Of a DNA stretch of 64,000 bases, positions 13,101 through 28,489 are shown one piece after another. Source of the DNA: the human T2T-CHM13v2.0 reference genome, Homo sapiens. Under the pieces are notes generated by a model that worked only from the letters and a program-made list of their open reading frames with translations, did not search any database and was not told the DNA's origin. Location of the stretch: assembly GCF_009914755.1 (NCBI RefSeq), contig NC_060946.1. One strand, written 5' to 3'. The number at the start of each line of letters is the position of its first letter. The stretch's first letter is position 1. Position numbers and translations under genes: made by a program.

Positions 13101-16100
13101 AAATATATATTAGGTACATAAAATATGAAAGTACATCAAATATAGATTATATACTGTACATAAAATATCAAAGTACCCCAAATATATATTTTGTACTCTA
13201 CATGAAATATCAAAGTTCACAAACCATATATTATATAGTGTACATAAAATATCAAAGTACCCAAGGTATATATTCTATACTGTACAAAAAATATCAAAGT
13301 ACCCAAAGCCTGTATTATATACTGTACATAAAATATGAAAGTACATCAAATATATATTTTATTCTGTACATAAAATATCAAAGTACACCAGATATATATT
13401 CTATAGTGTACATAAAATATCAAAGTACCCAAACTATACATTATATACTGTACATAAAATATGAAATTACATCAAATATATATTATATTAGGTACATAAA
13501 ATATGAAAGTACATCAAATATAGATTATATACTGTACAAAAAATATCAAAGTACCCCAAATATATATTATATACTGTACATGAAATATCAAAGTTCACAA
13601 ACTATATATTATATACTGTACATAAAATATTAAAGTACCCAAGGTATATATTCTATACTGCACAAAAAAATCAAAGTACCCAAAGCATGTATTATATACT
13701 GTATATAAAATATGAAAGTACATCAAATATATATTTTATTCTGTACATTATATATCAAAGTACACCAGATATATATTCTGTAGTGTACATAAAATAACAA
13801 AGTACACAAACTATAAATTATATACTGTACATAAAATATGAAATTACATCAAATATATATTAGGTACATAAAATATGAAAGTACATCAAATATAGATTAT
13901 ATACTGTACATAAAATATCAATGTACCCCAAATATATATTTTATACTCTACATGAAATATCAAAGTTCACAAACCATATATTGTATACTGTACATAAAAT
14001 ATCAAAGTACCAAAGGTATGTATTCTATACTGTACAAAAAATATCAAAGTACCCAAAGCATGTATTATATACTGTACATAAAATATGAAAGTACATCAAA
14101 AATATATATTTAATTCTGTACATAAAATATCAAAGTACACCAGATATATATTCTATAGTGTACATAAAATATCAAAGTACCCAAACTATTTATTATATAC
14201 TGTACATAAAATATGAAATTACATCAAATATATATTATATTAGGAACATAAAATACGAAAGTACATCAAATATAGATTATATACTGTACATAAAATATCA
14301 AAGTACCCCAAATATATATTATATACTCTACATGAAATATCAAAGTTCACAAACTATATATTATATACTGTACATAAAATATCAAAGTACCCAAGGTATA
14401 TATTCTATACTGTACAAAAAATATCAAAGTACCCAAAGCATGTATTATATACTGTACATAAAATATGAAAGTACATCAAATATATATTTTATTCTGTACA
14501 TAAAATATCAAGGTACACCAGATATATATTCTATAGTGTACATAAAATATCAAAGTACCCAAAGTATAAATTATATACTGTACATAAAATATGAAATTAC
14601 ATCAAATATATATTATATTAGGTACATAAAGTATGAAAGTACATCAAATATAGATTATATACTGTACATTAAATATCAAAGTACCCCAAATATATATTTT
14701 ATACTGTACATGAAATATCAAAGTTCACAAACTATATGTTATATACTGTACATAAAATATCAAAGTACCCGAGGTATATATTCTATACTGTACAAAAAAT
14801 ATCAAAGTACCCAAAGCATGTATTATATACTGTACATAAAATATGAAAGTACATCAAATATATATTTTATTCTGTACATAAAATATCAAAGTACACCAGA
14901 TATATATTCTATAGTGTACATAAAATATAAAAGTACCCAAACTATACATTATATACTGTACATAAAATATGAAATTACATCAAATATATTTTATATTAGG
15001 TACATAAAATATGAAAGTACATCAAATATAGATTATATACTGTACATTAAATACCAAAGTACCCCAAATATATATTTTATACTGTACATGAAATATCAAA
15101 GTTCACAAACTACATATTATATACTGTACATATAATATCAAAGTACCCGAGGTATATATTCTATAGTGTACAAAAAATAACAAAGTACCAAAAGCATGTA
15201 ATATATACTGTACCTAAAATATGAAAGTACATCAAATATATATTTTATTCTTTACATAAAATATCAAAGTACACCAGATATATATTCTATAGTGTACATA
15301 AAATATCAAAGTACCCAAACTATACATTATATACTGTACATAAAATATGAAATTACATCAAATATATATTAGGTACATAAAATATGAAAGTACATCAAAT
15401 ATAGATTATATACTGTACATAAAATATCAAAGTACCCCAAATATATATTATATACTGTACATGAAATATCAGAGTTCACAAACTATATATTATATACTGT
15501 ACATAAAATATCAAAGTACCCAAGGTATATATTCTATACTGTACAAAAAATATCAAAGTACCCAAAGCATGTATTATATACTGTACATAAAATATGAAAG
15601 TACATCAAATATATATTTTATTCTGTACATAAAATATCAAAGTACACCAGATATGTATTCTATAGTGTACATAAAATAACAAAGTACAAAAACTATAAAA
15701 TATATACTGTACATAAATTATGAAATTACATCAAATATATATTAAGTACATAAAATATGAAAGTACATCAAATATAGATTATATACTGTACATAAAATAT
15801 CAATGTACCCCAAATATATATGTTATACTCTACATGAAATATCAAAGTTCACAAACCATATATTATATACTGTACATAAAATATCAAAGTACCCAAGTTA
15901 TAAATTCTATACTATACAAAAAATATCAAAGTACCCAAAACATGTATTATATACTGTACATAAAATATGAAAGTACATCAAATATATATTTTATTCTTTA
16001 CATAAAATATCAAAGTACACCAGATATATATTCTATAGTGTACATAAAATATCAAAGTACCCAAACTATACATTATATACTGTACATAAAATATGAGATT

Positions 16101-18450
16101 ACATCAAATATATATTATATTAGGTACATAAAATATGAAAGTACATCAAATATAGATTATATACTGTACATAAAATATCAAAGTACCCCAAATATATATT
16201 ATATACTCTACATGAAATATCAAAGTTCACAAACTATATATTATATACTGTACATAAAATATCAAAGTACCCAAGGTATATATTCTATACTGTACAAAAA
16301 ATATCAAAGTACCCAAAGCATGTATTATATACTGTACATAAAATATGAAATTACATCAAATATATATTTTATTCTGTACATAAAATATCAAAGTACACCA
16401 GATATATATTCTATAGTGTACATAAAATTACAAAGTACACAAACTATACATTATATACTGTACATAAAATATGAAATTACATCAAATATATATTAGGTAC
16501 ATAAAATATGAAGTACATCAAATATAGATTATATACTGTACATAAAATATCAAAGTACCCCAAATATATATTTTGTACTCTACATGAAATATCAAAGTTC
16601 ACAAACTATATATTATATAGTGTACATAAAATATCAAAGTACCCAAGGTATATATTCTATACTGTACAAAAAATATCAAAGTACCCAAAGCCTGTATTAT
16701 ATACTGTACATAAAATATGAAAGTACATCAAATATATATTTTATTCTGTACATAAAATATCAAAGTACACCAGATATATATTCTATAGTGTACATAAAAT
16801 ATCAAAGTACCCAAACTATACATTATATACTGTACATAAAATATGAAATTACATCAAATATATATTAAGTACATAAAATATGAAAGTACATCAAATATAT
16901 ATTATATACTGTACATAAAATATCAAAGTACCCAAGGTATATATTCTATACTGTACAAAAAATATCAAAGTACCCAAAGCTTGTATTATATACTGTACAT
17001 AAAATATGAAAGTACATCAAAAATATATATTTAATTCTGTACATAAAATATCAAAGTACACCAGATATATATTCTATAGTGTACATAAAATATCAAAGTA
17101 CCCAAACTATTTATTATATACTGTACATAAAATATGAAATTACATCAAATATATATTATATTAGGAACATAAAATACGAAAGTACATCAAATATAGATTA
17201 TATACTGTACATAAAATATCAAAGTACCCCAAATGTATATTATATACTCTACATGAAATATCAAAGTTCACAAACTATATATTATATATTGTACATAAAA
17301 TATCAAAGTACCCAAGGTATATATTCTATACTGTACAAAAAATATCAAAGTACCCAAAGCATGTATTATATACTGTACATAAAATATGAAAATACATCAA
17401 ATATATATTTTATTCTGTACATAAAATATCAAGGTACACCAGATATATATTCTATAGTGTACATAAAATATCAAAGTACCCAAAGTATAAATTATATACT
17501 GTACATAAAATATGAAATTACATCAAATATATATTATATTAGGTACATAAAATATGAAAGTACATCAAATATAGATTATATACTGTACATTAAATACCAA
17601 AGTACCCCAAATATATATTTTATACTGTACATGAAATATCAAAGTTCACAAACTATATGTTATATACTGTACATAAAATATCAAAGTACCCGAGGTATAT
17701 ATTCTATACTGTACAAAAAATATCAAAGTACCCAAAGCATGTATTATATACTGTACATAAAATATGAAAGTACATCAAATATATATTTTATTCTGTACAT
17801 AAAATATCAAAGTACACCAGATATATATTCTATAGTGTACATAAAATATAAAAGTACCCAAACTATACATTATATACTGTACATAAAATATGAAATTACA
17901 TCAAATATATTTTATATTAGGTACATAAAATATGAAAGTACATCAAATATAGATTATATACTGTACATTAAATACCAAAGTACCCCAAATATATATTTTA
18001 TACTGTACATGAAATATCAAAGTTCACAAACTACATATTATATACTGTACATATAATATCAAAGTACCCGAGGTATATATTCTATACTGTACAAAAAATA
18101 ACAAAGTACCAAAAGCATGTAATATATACTGTACCTAAAATATGAAAGTACATCAAATATATATTTTATTCTTTACATAAAATATCAAAGTACACCAGAT
18201 ATATATTCTATAGTGTACATAAAATATCAAAGTACCCAAACTATACATTATATACTGTACATAAAATATGAAATTACATCAAATATATATTAGGTACATA
18301 AAATATGAAAGTACATCAAATATAGATTATATACTGTACATAAAATATCAAAGTACCCCAAATATATATTATATACTGTACATGAAATATCAGAGTTCAC
18401 AAACTATATATTATATTCTGTACATAAAATATCAAAGTACCCAAGGTATA
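10200..18450 (+). repeat. Local 3383-bp (9-unit) super-repeat: two copies, the second shortened, plus a partial third
   Basis: ORF starts 10775/14158/17079, 11964/15347/18268 and 12337/15720 (steps 3383, then 2921). Markers: AAAATATTAAAG, GCACAAAAAAATC, TCAAAAATATAT..TTAATTC, TAGGAACATAAAATACG. Confidence 0.88.
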
Positions 18451-21400
18451 TATTCTATACTGTACAAAAAATATCAAAGTACCCAAAGCATGTATTATAT
18501 ACTGTACAAAAAATATGAAAGTACATCAAATATATATTTTATTCTGTACATAATATATCAAAGTACACCAGATATATATTCTATTGTGTACATAAAATAT
18601 CAAAGTACCCAAACTATTTATTATATACTGTACATGAAATATGAAATTACATCAAATATATATTATATTAGGTACATAAAATATGAAAGTACATCAAATA
18701 TAGATTATATACTGTACATTAAATACCAAAGTACCCCAAATATATATTTTATACTGTACATGAAATATCAAAGTTCACAAACTATATATTATATACTGTA
18801 CATAAAATATCAAAGTACCCAAGGTATATATTCTATACTGTACAAAAAATATCAAAGTACCCACAGCATGTATTATATACTGTACATAAAATATGAAAGT
18901 ACATCAAATATATATATTATTCTGTACATAAAATATCAAAGTACACCAGATATATATTCCATAGTGTACATAAAATATCAAAGTACTCAAACTATACATT
19001 ATATACTGTACATAAAATATGAAATTACATCAAATTTATATTAGGTACATAAAATATGAAAGTACATCAAATATAGATTATATACTGTACATAAAATATC
19101 AAAGTACCCCAAATATATATTATATACTCTACATGAAATATCAAATTTCACAAACTATATATTATATACTGTACATAAAATATCATATTACCCAAGGTAT
19201 ATATTCTATACTGTGCAAAAAATATCAAAGTACCCAAAGCATGTATTATATACTGTATATAAAATATGAATGTACATCAAATATATATTTTATTCTGTAC
19301 AAAAAATATCAAAGTACACCAGATATATATTCTATAGTGTACATAAAATAACAAAGTACAAAAACTATAAAATATATACTGTACATAAAATATGAAATTA
19401 CATCAAATATATATTAAGTACATAAAATATGAAAGTACATCAAATATAGATTATATACTGTACATAAAATATCAATGTACCCCAAATATATATGTTATAC
19501 TCTACATGAAATATCAAAGTTCACAAACCATATATTATATACTGTACATAAAATATCAAAGTACCCAAGTTATAAATTCTATACTATACAAAAAATATCA
19601 AAGTACCCAAAGCATGTATTATATACTGTACATAAAATATGAAAGTACATCAAATATATATTTTATTCTTTACATAAAATATCAAAGTACACCAGATATA
19701 TATTCTATAGTGTACATAAAATATCAAAGTACCCAAACTATACATTATATACTGTACAAAAAATATGAGATTACATCAAATATATATTATATTAGGTACA
19801 TAAAATATGAAAGTACATCAAATATAGATTATATACTGTACATAAAATATCAAAGTACCCCAAATATATATTATATACTCTACATGAAATATCAAAGTTC
19901 ACAAACTATATATTATATACTGTACATAAAATATCAAAGTACCCAAGGTATATATTCTATACTGTACAAAAAATATCAAAGTACCCAAAGCATGTATTAT
20001 ATACTGTACATAAAATATGAAATTACATCAAATATATATTTTATTCTGTACATAAAATATCAAAGTACACCAGATATATATTCTATAGTGTACATAAAAT
20101 TACAAAGTACACAAACTATACATTATATACTGTACATAAAATATGAAATTACATCAAATATATATTAGGTACATAAAATATGAAAGTACATCAAATATAG
20201 ATTATATACTGTACATAAAATATCAAAGTACCCCAAATATATATTTTGTACTCTACATGAAATATCAAAGTTCACAAACCATATATTATATAGTGTACAT
20301 AAAATATCAAAGTACCCAAGGTATATATTCTATACTGTACAAAAAATATCAAAGTACCCAAAGCCTGTATTATATACTGTACATAAAATATGAAAGTACA
20401 TCAAATATATATTTTATTCTGTACATAAAATATCAAAGTACACCAGATATATATTCTATAGTGTACATAAAATATCAAAGTACCCAAACTATACATTATA
20501 TACTGTACATAAAATATGAAATTACATCAAATATATATTATATTAGGTACATAAAATATGAAAGTACATCAAATATAGATTATATACTGTACATAAAATA
20601 TCAAAGTACCCCAAATATATATTATATAGTGTACATGAAATATCAAACTTCACAAACTATATATTATATACTGTACATAAAATAGCAAAGTACCCAAGGT
20701 ATATATTCTATCCTGTACAAAAAATATCAAAGTACCCAAAGCATGTATTATATACTGTATATAAAATATGAAAGTAACATCAAATATATATTTTATTCTG
20801 TACGTAAAATATCAAAGTACACCAGATATATATTCTATAGTGTACATAAAATAACAAAGTACAAAAACTATAAATTATATACTGTACATAAAATATGAAA
20901 TTACATCAAATATATATTGGTACATAAAATATGAAAGTACATCCAATATAGATTATATACTGTACATAAAATATCAATGTACCACAAATATATATTTTAT
21001 ACTCTACATGAAATATCAAAGTTCACAAACCATATATTATATACTGTACATAAAATATCAAAGTACCCAAGTTATATATTCTATACTGTACAAAAAATAT
21101 CAAAGTACCCAAAGCATGTATTATATACTGTACATAAAATATGAAAGTACATCAAATATATATTTTATTCTGTACATAAAATATCAAAGTACACCAGATA
21201 TATATTCTATAGTGTACATAAAATATCAAAGTACCCAAACTATTTATTATATACTGTACATAAAATATGAAATTACATCAAATATATATTATATTAGGAA
21301 CATAAAATACGAAAGTACATCAAATATAGATTATATACTGTACATAAAATATCAAAGTACCCCAAATATATATTATATACTCTACATGAAATATCAAAGT

Positions 21401-24400
21401 TCACAAACTATATATTATATACTGTACATAAAATATCAAAGTACCCAAGGTATATATTCTATACTGTACAAAAAATATCAAAGTACCCAAAGCATGTATT
21501 ATATACTGTACATAAAATATGAAAGTACATCAAATATATATTTTATTCTGTACATAAAATATAAAAGTACACCAGATATATATTCTATAGTGTACATAAA
21601 ATATCAAAGTATGCAAACTATACATTATATACTGTACATAAAATATGAAATCACATCAAATATATATTATATTAGGTACATAAAATATGAAAGTACATCA
21701 AATATAGATTATATACTGTACATTAAATACCAAAGTACCCCAAATATATATTTTATACTGTACATGAAATATCAAAGTTCACAAACTATATGTTATATAC
21801 TGTACATAAAATATCAAAGTACCCGAGGTATATATTCTATACTGTACAAAAAATATCAAAGTACCCAAAGCATGTATTATATACTCTACATAAAATATGA
21901 AAGTACATCAAATATATATTTTATTCTGTACATAAAATATCAAAGTACACCAGATATATATTCTATAGTGTACATAAAATATAAAAGTACCCAAACTATA
22001 CATTATATACTGTACATAAAATATGAAATTACATCAAATATATTTTATATTAGGTACATAAAATATGAAAGTACATCAAATATAGATTATATACTGTACA
22101 TTAAATACCAAAGTACCCCAAATATATATTTTATACTGTACATGAAATATCAAAGTTCACAAACTACATATTATATACTGTACATATATCAAAGTACCCG
22201 AGGTATATAATCTATACTGTACAAAAAATAACAAAGTACCAAAAGCATGTAATATATACTGTACCTAAAATATGAAAGTACATCAAATATATATTTTATT
22301 CTTTACATAAAATATCAAAGTACACCAGATATATATTCTATAGTGTACATAAAATATCAAATTACACAAACTATGCATTATATACTGTACATAAAATATG
22401 AAATTACATCAAATATATATTAGGTACATAAAATATGAAAGTACATCACATATAGATTATATACTGTACATAAAATATCAAAGTACGCCAAATATATATT
22501 ATATACTCTACATGAAATATCAAAGTTCACAAACTATACATTATATACTGTACATAAAATATCAAAGTACACAAGGTATATATTCTATACTGTACAAAAA
22601 ATATCAAAGTACCCAAAGCATGTATTATATACTGTACATAAAATATGAAAGTACATCAAATATATATTTTATTCTGTACATAAAATATGAAAGTACACCA
22701 GATATATATTCTATAGCGTACATAAAATATCAAAGTACCCAAACTATACATTATATACTGTACATAAAATATGAAATTACATCAACTATATATTATATTA
22801 GGTACATAAAATATGAAAGTACATCAAATATAGAATATATACTGTACATATAATATCAATGTAACCCAAATATATATTTTGTACTCTACATGAAATATCA
22901 AAGTTCACAAACCATATATTATATACTATACATAAAATATCAATGAACCCAAGGTATATATTCTATACTGTACAAAAAATATCAAAGTACCCAAAGCATG
23001 TATTATATACTGTACATAAAATATGAAAGTACATCAAATATATATTTTATTCTGTACATAAAATATCAAAGTACACCCGATATATATTCTATAGGGTACA
23101 TAAAATATCAAAGTACCCAAACTATACATTATATACTGTACATAAAACATGAAATTACATCAAATATATATTATATTAGGTACATAAAATATGAAAGTAT
23201 ATCAAATATAGATTATATACTGTATATTAAATACCAAAGTACCCCAAATATATATTTTATACTGTACATGAAATATCAAAGTTCACAAACTATATATTAT
23301 ATACTGTACATAAAATATCAAAGTACCCAAGGTATATATTCAATATTGTACAAAAAATATCAAAGTACCCAAAGCATGTATTATATACTGTACATAAAAT
23401 ATGAAAGTACATCAAATATATATTTTATTCCGTACATAAAATATCAAAGTACACCAGATATATATTCTATAGCGTACATAAAATATCAAAGTACACAAAC
23501 TATACATTATATACTGTACATAAAATATGAAATTACATCAAATATATATTATATTAGGTACATAAAATATGAAAGTACATCAAATATAGATTATATACTG
23601 TACATTAAATACCAAAGTACCCCAAATATATATTATATACTCTACAGGAAATATCAAAGTTCACACACTATATATTATATACTGTACATAAAATATCTAA
23701 GTACCCAAGGTATATATTCTATACTGTACAAAAAATATCAAAGTACTCAAAGCATGTATTATATACTGTATATAAAATATGAAATTACATCAAATATATA
23801 TTTTATTCTGTACATAAAATATCAAAGTACACCAGATATATATTCTATAGTGTACATAAAATAACAAAGTACACAATCTATAAATTATATACTGTACATA
23901 AAATATGAAATTACATCAAATATATATTAGGTACATAAAATATAAAAGTACATCAAATATAGATTATATACTGTACATATAATATCAATGTACCCCAAAT
24001 ATACATTTTATACTCTACATGAAATATCAAAGTTCACAAACCATATATTATATACTGTACATAAAATATCAAAGTACCCAAGGTATATATTCTATACTGT
24101 ACAAAAAATATCAAAGTACCCAAAGCATGTATTATATACTGTACATAAAATATGAAAGTACATCAAATATATATTTTATTCTGTAAATAAAATATGAAAG
24201 TACACCAGATATATATTCTATAGTGTACATAAAATATCAAAGTACCCAAACTATACATTATATACTGTACATAAAATATGAAATTACATCAAATATATAT
24301 TAGGTACATAAAATATGAAAGTACATCAAATATAGATTATATACTGTACATAAAATATCAAAGTACCCCAAATATATATTATATACTGTACATGAAATAT

Positions 24401-27400
24401 CAAAGTTCACAAACTATATATTATATACTGTACATAAAATATCAAAGTACCCAAGGTATATATTCTATACTGCACAAAAAATATCAAAGTACCCAAAGCA
24501 TGTATTATATACTGTATATAAAATATGAAATTACATCAAATATATATTTTATTCTGTACATAAAATATCAAAGTACACCAGATATATATTCTATAGTGTA
24601 CATAAAATAACAAAGTACACAAACTATAAATTATATACTGTACAAAAAATATGAAATTACATCAAATATATATTAGGTACATAAAATATGAAAGTACATC
24701 AAATATAGATTATATACTGTACATATAATATCAATGTACCCCAAATATATATTTTGTACTCTACATGAAATATCAAAGTTCACAAACCATATATAATATA
24801 CTGTACATAAAATATCAAAGTACACAAGGTATATATTCTATACTGTACAAAAAATATCAAAGTACCCAAAGCATGTATTATATACTGCACATAAAATATG
24901 AAAGTACATCAAATATATATTTTATTCTGTACATAAAATATCAAAGTACACCAGATATATATTCTATAGTGTACATAAAATATCAAAGTACCCAAACTAT
25001 ACATTATATACTGTACATAAAATATGAAATTACATCAAATATATATTATATTAGGTACATAAAATATGAAAGTACATCAAATATAGATTATATACTGTAT
25101 ATTAAATACCAAAGTACCCCAAATATATATTTTATACTGTACATGAAATATCAAAGTTCACAAACTATATATTATATACTGTACATAAAATATCAAAGTA
25201 CCCAAGGTATATATTCTATGCTGTACAAAAAATATCAAAGTACCCAAAGCATGTATTATATACTGTACATAAAATATGAAAGTACATCAAATATATATTT
25301 TATTCTGTACATAAAATATCAAAGTACACCAAATATGTATTCTATAGTGTACATAAAATAACAAAGTACAAAAACTATAAATTATATAGTGTAAATAAAA
25401 TATGAAATTACATCAAATATATATTAGGTACATAAAATATGAAAGTACATCAAATATAGATTATACACTGTACATAAAATATAAATGTAACCCAAATATA
25501 TATTTTATACTCGACATGAAATATCAAAGTTCACAAACCATATATTATATACTGTACATAAAATATCAAAGTACCCAAGGTATATATTATATACTGTACA
25601 AAAAATATCAAAGTACCCAAAGCATCTATTATATGCTGTACATAAAATATGAAAGTACATCAAATATATATTTTATTCTGTACATAAAGTATCAAAGTAC
25701 ACCAGATATATATTCTATAGAGTACATAAAATATCAATGTACACAAACTATACATTATATACTGTACATAAAATATGAAATTACATCAAATATATATTAG
25801 GTACATAAAATATGAAAGTACATCAAATATAGATTATATACTGTACATAAAATATCAATGTACCCCAAATATATATTTTATACTCTACATGAAATATCAT
25901 AGTTCACAAACCATATATTATATACTGTACATAAAATATCAAAGTACCCAAGGTATATATTCTATACTATACAAAAAATATCAAAGTACCCAAAGCATGT
26001 GTTATATACTGTACATAAAATATGAAAGTACATCAAATATATATTTTATTCTGTACATAAAATATCAAAGTACACCAGATATATATTCTATAGTGTACAT
26101 AAAATATCAAAATACCCAAACTATACATTATATACTGTACATAAAATATGAGATTACATCAAATATATATTATATTAGGTACATAAAATATGAAAGTACA
26201 TCAAATATAGATTATATACTGTACATAAAATATCAAAGTACCCCAAATATATATTATATACTCTACATGAAATATCAAAGTTCACAAACTATATATTATA
26301 TACTGTACATAAAATATCAAAGTACCCAAGGTATATATTCTATACTGTACAAAAAATATCAAAGTACCCAAAGCATGTATTATATACTGTATATAAAATA
26401 AGAAAGTACATTAAATATATATTTTATTCTGTACATAAAATATCAAAGTACACCAGATATATATTCTATAGTGTACATAAAATAACAAAGTACACAAACT
26501 ATAAATTATATACTGTACATAAAATATGAAATTACATCAAATATATATTAGGTACATAAAATATGAAAGTACATCAAATATAGATTATATACTGAACATA
26601 TAATATCAATGTACCCCAAATATATATTTTATACTCTACATGAAATATCAAAGTTCAGAAACCATACATTATATACTGTACATAAAATATCAAAGTACCC
26701 AAAGTATATATTCTATACTGTACAAAAAATATCAAAGTACCCAAAGCATGTATTATATACTGTACATAAAATATGAAAGTACATCAAATATATATTTTAT
26801 TCTGTACATAAAATATCACAGTACACCAGATATATATTCTATAGTGTACATAAAATATCAAAGTACCCAAACTATACATTATATACTGTACATAAAATAT
26901 GAAATTACATCAAATATATATTAGGTACATAAAATATGAAAGTACATCTAATATAGATTATATACTGTACATAAAATATCAAAGTACCCCAAATATATAT
27001 TATATACTCTACATGAAATATCAAATTTCACCAACTATATATTATATACTGTACATAAAATATCAAAGTACCCAAGGTATATATTCTATACTGTACAAAA
27101 AATATCAAAGTACCCAAAGCATGTATTATATACTGTATATAAAATATGAAAGTACATTAAAGATATATTTTATTCTGTATATAAAATATCAAAGTACACC
27201 AGATATATATTCTATAGTGTACATAAAATAACAAAGTACACAAACTATAAATTATATACTGTACATGAAATATGAAATTACATCAAATATATATTAGGTA
27301 CATAAAATATGAAAGTACATCAAATATACATTATACACTGTACATATAATATCAATGTACCGCAAATATATATTTTATACTCTACATGAAATATCAAAGT

Positions 27401-28489
27401 TCACAAACCATATATTATATACTGTACATAAAATATCAAAGTACCCAAGGTATATATTCTATACTGTACAAAAAATATCAAAGTACCCAAAGCATGAATT
27501 ATATACTGTACATAAAATATGAAAGTACATCAAATATATATTTTATTCTGTACATAAAATATCAAGGTACACCAGATATATATTCTATAGTGTACATAAA
27601 ATATCAAAGTACCCAAACTATACATTATATACTGTACATAAAATATGAAATTACATCAAATATACATTATATTAGGTACATAAAATATGAAAGTACATCA
27701 AATATAGATTATATACTGTACATTAAATACCAAAGTACCCCAAATATATATTTTATACTCCACATGAAATATCAAAGTTCACAAACCATATATTATATAC
27801 TGTACATAAAATTTCAAAGTACCCAAGGTATATATTCTATACTATACAAAAAATATCAAAGTACCCAAAGCATGTATTATATACTGTACATAAAATATGA
27901 AAGTACATCAAATATATATTTTATTCTGTACATAAAATATCAAAGTACACTAGATATATATTCTATAGTGTACATAAAATACCAAAATACCCAAACTATA
28001 CATTATATACTGTACATAAAATATGAGATTACATCAAATATATATTAGGTACATAAAATATGAAAGTACATCAAATATAGATTATATACTGTACATAAAA
28101 TATCAAAGTACCCCGAATATATATTATATACTCTACATGAAATATCAAAGTTCGCAAACTATATATTATATACTGTACATAAAATATCAAAGTACCCAAG
28201 GTATATATTCTATACTATACAAAAAATATCAAAGTATCCAAAGCATGTGTTATATACTGTACATAAAATATGAAAGTACATCAAATATATATTGTATTCT
28301 GTACATAAAATATCAAAGTACACCAGATATATATTCTATAGTGTACATAAAATATCAAAATACCCAAACTATACATTATATACTGTACATAAAATATGAG
28401 ATTACATCAAATATATATTATATTAGGTACATAAAATATGAAAGTACATCAAATATAGATTATATACTGTACATAAAATATCAAAGTAC

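Noticed and set aside
21008-22210. 400-aa ORF and the many other Y/I/K-rich ORFs (KYQSTQ..YILYI repeats) as protein-coding genes
   Set aside because: They are translations of the 14-codon monomer, which has one stop-free frame. ORF ends are set by the 5-bp deletion and by recurrent TAA/TAG variants that are freely amplified. There is no unique domain and no sign of frame preservation.
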